The position numbers were made by a program, and so were the translations under genes. From contig JBEWZL010000064.1 in NCBI GenBank assembly GCA_045837725.1, forward strand, positions 372,001 to 436,000: DNA of 64,000 nucleotides. The letters run 5' to 3'. This DNA is from Vermamoeba vermiformis. Lineage: Eukaryota. How positions within the stretch are numbered: position 1 is the stretch's first letter; every line of letters begins with the position of its first letter. Of this stretch, positions 24,838-37,456 are shown piece by piece. The notes below the pieces were generated by a model. That model was not told where the DNA came from. It searched no databases and worked only from the letters and a program-made list of their open reading frames with translations.

Positions 24838-27800
24838 ATGAGTTTAGAAGCCGAAATAGTTGATACCAGCATGGATCAGGTCAATCAAAGCCTCGAACCC
24901 GCCAAACAACCGAAGATCGAGTACTTCGAGGAGCTCTTCGATAAAATGTTGGCTACTGATATTAAAATAATTAAATGGTGCCCTAAAATGGACCTTGTTG
25001 CGATTGTGACAGCTGATAATGCAGTCTGGATCAACCGATTAAATTGGCAAAAATTGTGGAATTTAACTAGCAATGACAGACTACAATACAAATCAATTAC
25101 AGCTGTTACATGGAAGCCTGACGATGGTAATATTTAAATTAAAATTATTTGGCGCAAATTGCTTAAAATTACGCAATTTTTACCTCTAATGAATAATTAT
25201 GATATTAAGGACGTAAAAATAATTCAAGTATATTAATATAATCGATATTATTCAAAGGCAAAGTATTGGCTACCGCTCATGAAGACGGATCTATCATTTT
25301 GTGGAGTATCGAGACAGGCGAGCCATTCCATACCGCTAAGAACCCTAAAATGGCTACAGGCCCCTTTATTATGGATATTCCTATTACCTACATCGATTGG
25401 ATCAAAGAAGTCGAACCAGCAAGCGAGAACTCGTTAGAACAGGTATAAGATCCTATTTGTCTCGTTATCTCTTAACCAAAAAAAACTAACGTTATTAATA
25501 CCACTCCTATTGTAGAATATATATGTCGATAGAGCATCAGTATTCTTCCCACCGGCTAAAGCACTCAGTGAGGCATCCAGGTAGGTTTCAGCTTCGCCTA
25601 CTTATTCTTTAATAATAAATATTATTTCGTACTAGTTCATCGTCATTTCAACACGCTGAAATTGCCAAAACTACTCCAATGGGCGGTGCTAAGCGACCAT
25701 CATCATTAAATATGTTATTGACTTGTTCGACGGACGGTACCTTGGCCTTGTAGTACGTACTCATTATTTATTCTCCGATAGTATGATATTATGAGTACTA
25801 AATAGTATTATTAGTGCTTTTGGAACGTTCTTTATTGGCTCATTGAATCTCCGACAATTAATGGAACCTCAGTTCAAAGATCTGGATTTACAAGTACGTT
25901 ATTACTCTTAATACGAAGTAAAAATATCTAGTTGTTAACTAACGTAAATCTATTAAGGAATTTAACATTATTTCTTCGACGCTATCGTCAGATCTACATC
26001 AGCTTATGATTGTAACGGAAGTTCAAGTCTTTCAAAAGAAATCAAAACAAATGCTAAAGCAAGTCTACACTTTATCTGTAAATACACAACTACTGTACGA
26101 TAGAAGAAGAGAAATCAACGAAATTAGCTGGCAATGCGGATCCATTACAGAATTGATCGGCGAAATTGGCAAGGTCTTGGCTAAAATTCATAATGATTGG
26201 CAAGAAGGATATAACCCTTTCATTAACAAGTTAGCCGAGTTCCAAAAAGTCTTAAATGGTACGATCAGACTCGATCCACTAATTTCAATCCTGGCAACTG
26301 ACTTACATATTCTTTTTTACAGATGAAAATAGCCCAAATACTATACAACAAGATCTACTTAACTATTTATTGACTGGCATTCCGAGCTCGCCGTTCCAAA
26401 ACTTTTTAGCTCACCATTTGAAGGATCAGGTACGTTGGATCCGAACCACATCTCGTTAAGAGAACTATTTACTTATATATATTTCGTATAGGGTCTCAAG
26501 AAGGTTGTTAAGTGCTTAGACATAGCCTTTGCTAAGGTCAACGAATTAGTAACGGACTTTTTGAAACCTAATTGCGAGCTGCTCACGTACAAAATTAGCG
26601 AGTTTAAATCTCACTCCGCCTGGTGAGTAATTATTATAAATATTAGGACTCATATTTATAAATTTAACATTCTATTATAGGACTGAGAAATTTGGAGCGC
26701 TAGGATTGAATGCAACACTGGCCGATTCTATTCTACGGCCAAGTGCTACGTTGTTGCTCAAAGTAGAGGCCCTAATTAAGCTTATAGTCGAACAGAGACT
26801 AGAATACACGAATTTTCTGCAGTGGATCTCAAAAAGTAAGTTCGTGTACTGGATCAGGATCTGAACTTAGCTTTGTTGTTCATGAACCTTTTACTTACAT
26901 ATGCCCTGTAGTTGATTGGAAGATTGTTCAAGACCAACCTGATCGCGCTAAACTGATTCAAGTTAATAATAGCCTTTTGATTAAGTTCATAAGGAACCAA
27001 CTTGGAAATTTGAACGTAGATCCGCTCGGTCAATATTTCATCGATCAGCCGCTATCAATTCCTCTATCCTCATCAGTTGTGCACCGTATTGCAGGTACGT
27101 TTAATTTCCTGAAATAAAATTAATAAAATAATGAAATTTCAGCGATGTACTGATGTTATTTCGATTGAACAGCTAAATGGGGACTAGAGAATACGTTCTA
27201 CGACGTAGCAGTTGATCAGTCGTTGATATCTGTATTCAATGAGCTCAAAGAACAAAGCCAAAAGGTTTTGGCTACGCCATCCGAAACAATTTGTTCGACG
27301 ATGAACTTAGTTAGTGCCTTGTTGATCCAAGAATCTGAATTATCTCCTGATCCAGATAGCTTCGATCCGAATTCAATCACTGCAAGACCAATCTCTTTTT
27401 ACTTGCCTGAAAAGGTACAATTATAACGGATGCCATAATTTTGTTTAACTTTACTCATATTATTCTTTAGAATGACGCTGACAATGCTGTATATTGGGCT
27501 GCCTGTAAATCTGGCAATCAATCTCCGTTTGGTAAGCAATTTCAAGTCGTTACATGGCGAGCGACTTTGATCTGATCCTTTCTTTTTCTTTTAGATGCAA
27601 CAACGCTGCTATTATTCAAGCGCTATTCTAAGCCTGGTCAAGTCGATGAATGGTTTGTTACTGGTTTAGCGCTTGAGCCTGAAGAAGACCTGATCAGCTT
27701 CTCGTTCTACCAAGACGGAACTCTTTTAACTCTTTCTAAGACTGGAGGTACGGGAATAATACCCTTAATATAATAAAATAACCGTATTGATACAGATGTT

Positions 27801-28187
27801 ACGTCAATATCGATGATCGATTACGCAGATCTCGATTTCCAAGAGATCGCGTTACGAGATGCGAATCAGTACAGTTTGTTCAAGTACTACGAGCTCGTCG
27901 GCTGCTTGCCCTTCAACAACACTAAGCTTGAGCGACAAATTAAGACTAGGAATATTGATAATATCGAAGCTATTGGACTTTTTGTAAGCGGCGGAAGAGG
28001 CCTTGGATCCGTCTTAGCTTTAGCGAATCCGTTGAGAATAATAGCATATGACTTCAATGCTGAAAATGAAATTGAAGAAGATGAAGCTAATGAAGCTCAA
28101 GATGAAGAAGTTCAAGTGGATGTAAACGAAGAGGAACAAATGGATGTGGATCAAAACGATAGTGTAAATGCTAGTACGGACAATTAA
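24838..28187 (+). CDS. ANAPC4: Anaphase-promoting complex subunit 4, multi-exon
   Basis: WCPKMDLVAIV...INRLNWQKLW, ITAVTWKPDDGKVLATAHEDGSI, DLLNYLLTGIPS, LFVSGGRGLGSV, acidic tail. Confidence 0.9.
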
Positions 28188-28375
28188 ATATTTAAACTTG
28201 TATTCGATACGTACGTGCAACGTAAGCGCCATACTCTCAGTAACTAGAGAAAGTTTCAGTTTAATGGGATCTGATTTAAATTTCTAATTTAATCTCTAGC
28301 TAACAACAACAAGAGCCATTATACATCCTTATTCATATTAGTATTGATTCGTTATTTTATCGTTAAGCTGAGAAT

Positions 28376-28937
28376 ATGGATACCAACGCACAGGAAGGTT
28401 CAGAAAACAGCTTTTGGAGATCCCTCATTGCTCTGTTCGAGATCGGCTTGCAATTATTATGGAGTGTTCTAGCTGTTGGTGGGATAGGTTTTTGGACAAC
28501 GGTATGCTTATTAGATTTTTCCATAATTTTTTAAATTAATTTTCAAATTGATGACGTGGATCTGATCCTTTCGGTTGAAGGTCGCTTATCAGAATAGCGA
28601 AAAGCACCAGTTGTCTATTATGGTAGTGATACAATTGATTGTAGCCGCGGCACTATTTATATATGGCATTAGAAGGGTAATTCGCTTATTCAGAGAATTT
28701 GTCCCTACGAGCTGGATGCCGCTATTGCAACAACTCGGCTTATCAATCTTATACGCCACGTTGAATAGACAACACTACACCGATAGAAAGATGCACCCTC
28801 TCATCGCCTCGCTAATTGGCTTCTCACTGGCGATGCCTGTAGTCGTTGGAATTATCTTGCTGCTCAATGTGCTTGGATTAAAATACGGACATTTGCTTAA
28901 AGCACCTGAGGAAGATACGGATTTGAAAGAAGACTAG
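28376..28937 (+). CDS. Small multi-pass membrane protein of unknown function (2 exons)
   Basis: ATG 28376, GTATGC donor at about 28502, acceptor at about 28580; three to four hydrophobic segments. Confidence 0.55.
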
Positions 28938-29076
28938 TATAGTTAAAAAATGATTGGTCAGATCCAGATCAGATCCGGATCGTTGTAACATATTTGAATA
29001 AAGTTTGTATTAATATATTTTTATAACGCTAAATGTACAACCAAAAAATTAATTAATTTTGCTATTGTCTTATTAT

Positions 29077-32000
29077 TTAAAAGACTTTAGCTTTCTTTTT
29101 GGGCTTGTCTTCTTCCTCGTCGTCATTTTCCTCTTCGACATCAACGTCCTCTTCTTTTTCTTCCTCTTCGTCATTGCCTTCATCCGATTCAGAAGCAACA
29201 GCCTTAGCTTTCTTGACGGGAGTTCGTTTAGCCTTTTGACCGACTTTACGAACCGGCGTTGATTTTTTCACTTCTTTTTTCAAGGCGTTGTTGTTGGCAG
29301 CGACCATTGCGCGCAAGTCCAATTGACTGTCGCCAATCAAAGTGATCATTTGGATCATCTTTTTCTTGGACTTGTGTTTCTTCTTGAACTCCTCAAAGAA
29401 GGCAGCCCAATCGTCTTGTCTGTTCAAAGTGTCGCACAATCTGACACGCAAGCTGCGGAGGCACTCAACGACTGAACCGTATTGCGAAGGCATGACGTTG
29501 ATCATGACCATGTCCAAGGCAGTGTTGTACAGCGTGACAATGATGGCAGGGAATCGTCGTTGCACGCGGTCAATGAGTTCATTTAGCTCTTCAAACTTGA
29601 ACTCTTGGCAGTATCTCTTGACGTATCTAGCGACGTGTTGAATCATGTGCTCGAGGAGCTCAGGTTTGGACTCTTCAACGCCCTTCCATAGCTTCAAGAT
29701 CAACTCCATCTCGCCGTCATTGCCTTCAGGCTTCGGGAACAAGCTGATGCAGTGTTCGTAGAGACCATCCTTCATCAACAACTCGATCTTGGCGTTGTTG
29801 TTGTAGCTGTTGTTGTTCAACACGAACACGACCAAGTCAGTCTTGACATGGTTCCATTCTTCTTCAGAGCACATGGCACGAATCTAAACAACGCGAAATT
29901 AGTATTTTTTCACAGTAGGCCAAAGATATTACGACACTTACGCTGTCCCATCGCTCGGTGGTTGTGTCGGCCTTGAAAGCGAGAATCAATTGTTGACGCA
30001 ATTGATCTTCAATGTTCTCAATCTTAGCCGATTCAACGGTGTAGTGAGTGATGGCCAAGACCCACTTGTTGATCTTGTCATTGTCGTAGTCGACGGGGCC
30101 AAAGGCTTCGATGTCACTCTTGAGCTTTTGAACCTTCTGCTCAAGATCGGCAAGTTCTGCCTTCTCGTCGGGAGTTCGAGCAGAGACCAAGCGTTGCAAT
30201 CTGAAGTTGTCCAAGACTTCAAAGTCCTTCTTCATTTCTTCACGCTTGACGAGCTCGTTGCGCATCTCTTCCAATTTGTCTTCGGTCTTCAAGCCGACAG
30301 TGAGCACAGACAAGAACTCGCGCTTGTCGAACAAGTGCTTGGCGAATGCAATCATATTGTCGACGAGATCAATGCAATCCAACGACTTGACCAACTCGTC
30401 ATCGAGCAACTTCTTGAGACCTTCTTTTTCTTGCTCGGTCTCTTCAGTCTCCATAGCACCGCTAGTCTTAATCTTTTCTTCGAGCTCAGTACGCAAATCA
30501 ACGCACGAGTCAACCTGGACAAAACCAACGTTAGACAAGTCTTCATAGTGTATGCTATTCAGTGAAATACTTACGATGAGTTTGCTAAGTTCAACGATTT
30601 GACTATCGTAGTCTTTGTTCGTGTGATTGAAATAAGCAGGCTCGAGTTTGTTCAAAGCAACTTCGAGCTCCAAATCACGCAAACGCTTCTTCTTGTCTTC
30701 AGGCAATTGTTTGCGCAATCTGTCAAGGTCCTCTTCTTCCTTGACAAGTTTCTTGCGTTCAGCTTCGTGGTCTTCCTTCTCCTTGGCACGGAGCTTCAAT
30801 TCCTTGAGCTTGTTGCGGCAGTGGTTACCGACAGTGATAGCGGCGTTGAACTTCTTCTTGCCGCGGAACTCACGAATGGCCTCGAGCAAGTACCACGGGT
30901 CCTCGTTGTATTGCAACACGAGGTCAAGGAGCTTCTTCTCTTGAGCTTGAACAATCTCCTTCAAGTGAGTAGCACGATCTTGAGTGAGCTCTTGGTCAGT
31001 GGTGATCTTCTTCTCCAAAGACTCATTCTTGATCAATGTGGCTGACACCATCATACGTGTCAACGAGTTACGGAGGTCCATGTGAGCAGCAGCATTGCCC
31101 AACCACTAGAAAAAGTTCAATTAGCTCTTGTTCGCAACATCGTTTTGCGCTAGTGACTTACGGGAGGCAATTCCATCGAGGCCAATTTCTCTTGCAACTT
31201 GGGGATTTCAGCCTTGACATCAGCAGGCAAGTCACGCTTGATACGTTGAAGAGCTTCTTGTTCTTTCTTCAACATTTGCAAGAACTGCTCGGTCTTGTCC
31301 TTGATCAGACGTTGTTGTTCGAGCTCAGTCAAGACTTGGTAAGTCTTAGGAGCAATTGCGAGAATGACGCTCGACTCGTTCATTGAGACCATGGTCTTGG
31401 CGACTTGGCTCAAGTCCTTAGGATTGTCAATATTGGCAATGCATTGCTTGATAGCGTGTTGCAAGTGACCAGCCATCGCATCGCGCTCTTCAGCAATCTT
31501 TTTCTCGTTGACGGCGGTCTTGTCTTGGTAGATCTCCTTGGAGATTCTAGCTTCCATTTCTTCTTGAGCAAACAGAACTCGTTGAAGAGCAAGCTAAAAT
31601 GGAGTATTAGTGACCCGTGAAAAAATTGAAACTTTGTTAGTGCTAGTACTTACGAGGATAATGTTGTGCTTGGTGCTGTCGTGTTGGTGAGAATCGAACA
31701 AAGTGGCAAAGTGAGGCCAGACAGGGAGCTTGTCCAACTTCTCCTTCAACTCCTTCAATCTGTTCTCCTTGTTCGGGGCGTTGTTGTCAGCAAGCACGGC
31801 ATCGTACTCCTTTTGAATAGGAGCACGTTCCTTGCGAAGGACTTGCAAGTGTTTAATACGATCCAAACACTTGTCACTGACCTCCAGCACAATCTCCATC
31901 TCTTTGCGAGCGTTCATGTTGCGAGCAAACTTGAGCAAGTACTCGGGGTTAGAGAACTTCTCGAGGCACAACTTGACGAGGCTGCGGATGCGCTGTTGAA

Positions 32001-34610
32001 TGTCCTTGCGATCAGCTTCGATTTGCTTGTGATCAATCTTGGAGGGCTCAGTCTCTTGGAACATCTTCTTGATGCGTTCTTCGAGGGCAATCTTGTTGTC
32101 CAAGATGGCACTTGTCATGACTGTCACAACGTCCAAATTGAGCTCGTCGTACTCGTAAGGATTATTCAAGTTAGCAAACTCGGGCCACTCAGGAAGAGCT
32201 GCAAGCTTCTTCTCAAGATCAGCGACACTATGAAATACAACGTCAGTAAATATGACACCAAAAACGTGTTCAAAAAAATGGACTTACGTGGCGGGCAATT
32301 GATCGGGGACTTCACGCTTTCTGTTGACCAAATCTTTGATCTTTTGCTTGGTAGAGTCGTATTCGGATTGAATAGGAGCTCGTTGTTCGCGCCAAATTTC
32401 AATTTGTTGCATGTGCTTTTGACACTTTTCACCAAACTTGAGCACGGTCTCGCTGTCCTTGTAGTTCTTGTCTTGAATGAACTTGGCGATCTTGAACAAG
32501 TGCTCGGGGTTGTTGGTAATGGACAACAAGTAATCCAATTGTTCGCGGAAAGATTTGCTAGAAAACGATGTCAGAACATGGATCCGTGAAAAAAAATTAT
32601 TGATTTTTTTGACTTACTTCTTTTCGGCGATTTCTTGGGCCGTAGGAGCAACGACACCGGAGTTAGCTTGTTTAGCGAGTTCAATGCGCTCGTTAAGTTC
32701 TTTCTCCATGGACTTGATGGCATCGACGATCATTTCAACAGCTTGGTATTCAAGATCGTCTAATTGCTTCCAACGCAATTGGAAGTGCTTAGGTCGGAAC
32801 TTCTTTTCGAGCTCGTACTCGTACTCGAGCTGATCCAATCGCTTTTTCTTTGGCTCTTCGAGAATTTTCCAAGCCTTGAGCTCTTTCTCGCGTTCCTGCA
32901 TAATAAAATTAATAAATTGTTCATTCTGCTAGAAATATAATTATTTTACCTCCTGAAGCTCACGCATTTCAAAGTTTAATTGAGTTCTGGTGTCTTTTTT
33001 CTTCTTCAATTCCAAAACAACTTCTCTGAGCTTGTTTCCGACTTTAAGAACCAATTGGTATTGTTTGCGTCTGAATAAGAGTTGTTCCAATTGCAAAATG
33101 TCGTTAGGACTTTCCAAGTGACCAGCAGAAAGCGACATCTCGACGACTTTCTCGATCAAAGTGTCGACAGACTTGTCCAAACCAGCAGCGAGAGCCTGTT
33201 TCTCTTTCTATACGACAAATAATTATTAGCATACATATTGATATGAAAAAATTAATCTAACGTACTTTGGTAAGCTTTGCTTTTGTCCATTGATCCGTAG
33301 ATCTTTGTTGCAAAGTCGTTTTGGCGTCAATAGCAAGATCAACCATCTTAATAGCAAGCTTGAGGATCAATTGTTCATAAGCAGTAATGTCTTCTGGATC
33401 AAAGTAGTACTTTGGAGGCATTGCGCTGAGTTTAGCTTTTATCTCCGCCAATCTCGAGGCTTGTTGCGGAGACAACTCTTTCTTTATCTTTTTCATGCGC
33501 TCTTCTTCGCTCAGAAGCAAGGTCTGTTCGATGATCAAATGGTATCGCTCTGTCATTTGTTGACGAAGGGCCTATTTTTGGGGATGCGTTAGTAAATGTC
33601 AAAACGCGATTGAAGTTTGATCATTTAGATCGCATAATTAAGTACTATGATAATTAATTTTCAACGTTAAAATAAAATTTTTTTGGTTGGATGCACCAAA
33701 AAAAGTATCTCCGGTGATTCAATAAACTTACAATAACGCGAGTAATAGCGCTTTCGATGATAGGCACAGCCAAGATAAAGTCGCCGTATCTTCTTTCAGT
33801 ACCACCAAGAGCAGTTGTCAAAGTAGTAGCCAGATTTAGGCTGTGGTCCGGATTAAGAATGTAAGAGATGACGTAATCGCGAACTTGGGCCACAGGAACA
33901 TCGTGAGTGACGTCGTCCAATTCAGGAGTAGCTTGAACTTGTTCCTCACGCTTGGAGAGAGCAGAGTGAATCATTTGAGTGGCGATCGCTAAAGCTTGAT
34001 CGAAGTTGGCAACTTGATCGTAGAGAACTTCGGCAGGAAGGGCATTGGCCAGGGTCTAAATAAATTAAATTTTTAGAAATCGAGCGGATGCAAAAGAGAA
34101 AATAAAAAATATCAGGAAATAAATTCCAGAAATCAAAAATAAAAATTAGATAATACTTACGCGTTCGGCATCGATGGTCTTAAGGTGCTTTTGCTGTTCT
34201 TTAGTCATTTGAGCGGTAGGAGTTTTCTTGATTTCAGTCTCAACCGAAGTCAAAGTGCTCAAACGATTGACGCGCTCAAGACGAGCAGCCTCAATGGCTT
34301 TAAGTCGCTCTAATAATTCCTTACATATTTCTAAAGCAAGGTCTTGTTCTTTTTTGCCGTGTAGTTGCTGAGCAAGACTAAGTTGAGCCGAGATGCTGTT
34401 GTAGTTGCGATGCAGTTGCAAGAATTGTTGCGTATATTCGGTAGTACGTGCCATGTGTTGCTGCAAAATTGCAGGGTCCATGGCTGGCGTAGTTTGATTC
34501 GTAGCGATAACGAAACCGCCTTGCGGATTAGCCTAGATGAGATGAGAGTTAGTTACAAGGTTCAATGAAGGTGAAGATAGGCCGAGAGTACGTACAAAAG
34601 GTGTTGTCAT
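29077..34610 (-). CDS. Very large alpha-helical repeat / coiled-coil protein (roughly 1500 aa, about 11 exons)
   Basis: Consecutive long minus-strand ORFs joined by GT-AG introns from ATG 34610 (MTTPF-ANPQGG); recurring NPxxLxxxAxxxxxxxxxxxVLxVG-type motif; strong codon bias; Lys/acidic tail. Confidence 0.8.
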
Positions 34611-34798
34611 CGCGTTACGTTTGTTCAAGAATAAATAATTTGGTAAAAGACCGACGGCAAAAAATTCTCTTTTATGTTTTTTGGCGATCTCTTTTCCGAG
34701 AGGTATTAATTTTTGGGCGCGAACTTTTTCGCTGAACCCGCACACGTGGATCCGCCCAAAATTACTGTTTATTGTGCTATTGTCAATTTACATGCATA

Positions 34799-35367
34799 CT
34801 ATTCACAAAGGTTGAAGTTATAACGAAAAAACGGATCTGTCATCTCTTCAATACTTCCATGCCTCGGTTCTAAGACGAACTGGCTCGTTTCTGTAAAAAC
34901 AATCGTTAGTTTATTTATTTATTGGCTGGCTATGACTTTTTTGGTTTGCAAAAATCGTGGATGCGCGCAATCCAATTCGAATAAAAATTAGCATGTTTTT
35001 TAAAAATTCTAAAATAATATCTAACAACAATAATATTAAGATAAATAATATTTTTCATATGTATTATCGATTAAAAATATTACCCTGGCTTTGAAAACAT
35101 GCACTTCGTGAAAACTGTTAAAGTTCCCCAACGCGATGCTTTGCCATCAAAAACTGAATTTACAAAGTCTTCTAAATGATAGTCACATCTGTGTCGCTCT
35201 CTGGGATGAGGAGGTCGCTTTGACGGGCCGTTTGCTTTCAGATCGCGCTGAGTTTCATCATAATAAGGTGTATATTGTTCGTTGCTGACGTTAGTTTTAT
35301 AAAACTTCTGCTCTTCCATGGGCTTTTTGGCCACGGTGTAATCCGAGGTAGACTTTTGGTCTGTCAT
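34799..35367 (-). CDS. Small hypothetical protein (2 exons)
   Basis: 95-aa ORF ends at a GTAATA donor; second exon (ETSQFVLEPRHG...NLCE*) follows a CTAAC...CAG acceptor. Confidence 0.55.
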
Positions 35368-35548
35368 TGTGTTTGTTTTGGCGATCGAATTAAAATGATT
35401 TCACTTCTCGCTGCCTTTTCATTCCTTATTTTGGGCATTTCAGTAAAAGCATTTGTAAATAGGTTCGATTGAGTTTAGTCTCAATTTATTCAGCAGTTAC
35501 ATAACTACATAGAAAATTGGATCGAGAAGATCCATATTCGCAATCTTT

Positions 35549-37178
35549 TTACATGGAAAACAAAACAGAAATCGACTCTCCGTTGTGGATTCTTCGAATA
35601 GCTTCGGCCATCATGGGAGCAATATCAATAACCTTAATCTTTCTGGTGATTTTAACATTTTCGTGTTGCGGGATCGAGTTCGAAATCATCAACTCCTTGA
35701 TCGGTGACTGTTCAATTCTCTTAATAGCAGGACCTGACAATACACCGTGGCTGACGGCGGCATAAATAGCAGCAGCTCCTTTCTCCATAAGAGTCTCAGC
35801 GGCCAGTTGCAGAGTACCGCAAGTATCAGCCATATCGTCAACTAACACGCAGACCTGCACAGTACAAAAATCATTAGCTCACTTCAACATCACTTCTATA
35901 GTATATAGATGGCATCTAATACATGCAGCCGCCATGTTTAACTGATTTGGTATCGTACCTTATCCTTGACATCACCGACAAGTGTCATGCCGGCAACTTC
36001 GTTGGCCTTCTTTCGTTCCTTGTGAATAATAGCAAGTTCTGCGTCTAATTTATCGGCAATAGACTTGGCTCTCTGGCATAACAATATCAGTTTCCGTGTG
36101 TTTCAAGCAAACGAACAGATGATTAGTTTTGTACCTTGACACCACCAGCGTCAGGAGAAACAATAACCAAATCGCCTTGAATCTTTTTGATATATTTAAC
36201 AATCAAAGGTTCGGCGAACAAGTTGTCAACGGGAATATCAAAGAAGCCCTAGCGAGAGTTAGCGGGGTTACAAATATGGAACGTTTTTGTTACGTACTTG
36301 AATTTGGCTAGCGTGCAAATCTAGGGTGATAACACGATCAATGCCAGAGACTTGAATCAAGTTGGCAACGAGCTTGCCAGAGATGGGAGCACGTGACTTG
36401 TCTTTTTTGTCTTGTCTGGCATAACCGTAGCACGGAATAACTGCTGTCAATCGGCGTGCAGAGGCCCTCTTTAAATACAACCAGTTAATTACTGAAATAA
36501 TTTTTGACTTCATTAATGCGTGTAAATGTGATATTAGGCGTCTTGTACTCTAATATTAATTGAGCGATTACCACGTATTATTTACACTTTCGAAAAAATG
36601 AGTGCACAAAGTAGCGCAGTCCCGTTCGATAAAATATCGCTGTATCGGTCGTATTAAATTGCCTCGCTAATAATTACCTTGCAGGCGTCGGTCATAATAA
36701 GGAGTTCCATGAGAGCATCATTAGGGCTTGGATTGCAAATGGGTTGAATAATGAAAACGTCGCAATCTCGAGTGGACTCTTCGATCTCCACCATAGTCTC
36801 ACCATTAGCAAACTTTCCAACCTTGGCTTTGCCTGTATAATATAAGTTAATTATTTTAATTATAAGAAACGTGGATCGATCGCACACAAAAAAGCTTCTT
36901 TCAATAAATACTAAAATTTGCGGTTAGGGACATTAAAATTACGATCATAATTGGACATAATTATGGGTTAAAATGTCTTTCATTTTGGGGATATTTTGTG
37001 ACCGAAGGGGACGGATCTACGGGATTCGAACGATAAACAATTCAATTATCGCCGCCGGACCAGTCCATTCTTTTCAGAGACATTATTTACCTAATCCAAC
37101 GCCCAAAATGTCGCAGATCCTCTTTGCAAGCTCTGGATTGGAGTTACCGGTGAAGATCTTGATCTCACTGCCTTGCAT
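35549..37178 (-). CDS. PRPS: Ribose-phosphate pyrophosphokinase (class I PRPP synthetase), multi-exon
   Basis: [65 protein letters not shown]. Confidence 0.96.
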
Positions 37179-37456
37179 CTTTGTTTCTGATGTAGACTCC
37201 GTTGTTTCGTATTCGTAGTGTCCTTACAATGAATAGCAACAACAAAATGACAGAAACGGCGTTCCTGGACTTGGAGACTTTCACAAAAATTTCTGATCTG
37301 GATGCACCGTTACAAGACAAAAACGAATCATTTAATGTTTAAATTTTTATCTTTTATGTAGGTCGCAAAGAATATCGTATCTTGCTTACAATAAATTAAT
37401 TTTCAAATTACAAAACTGCTGTTCAGTCAACAGGCACATCCGCCTCTCGATCTGAC

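Noticed and set aside
29990-32589. Long plus-strand ORFs (191 aa, 307 aa and others) opposite the repeat protein
   Set aside because: Antisense shadows of a strongly codon-biased gene; no independent motifs.
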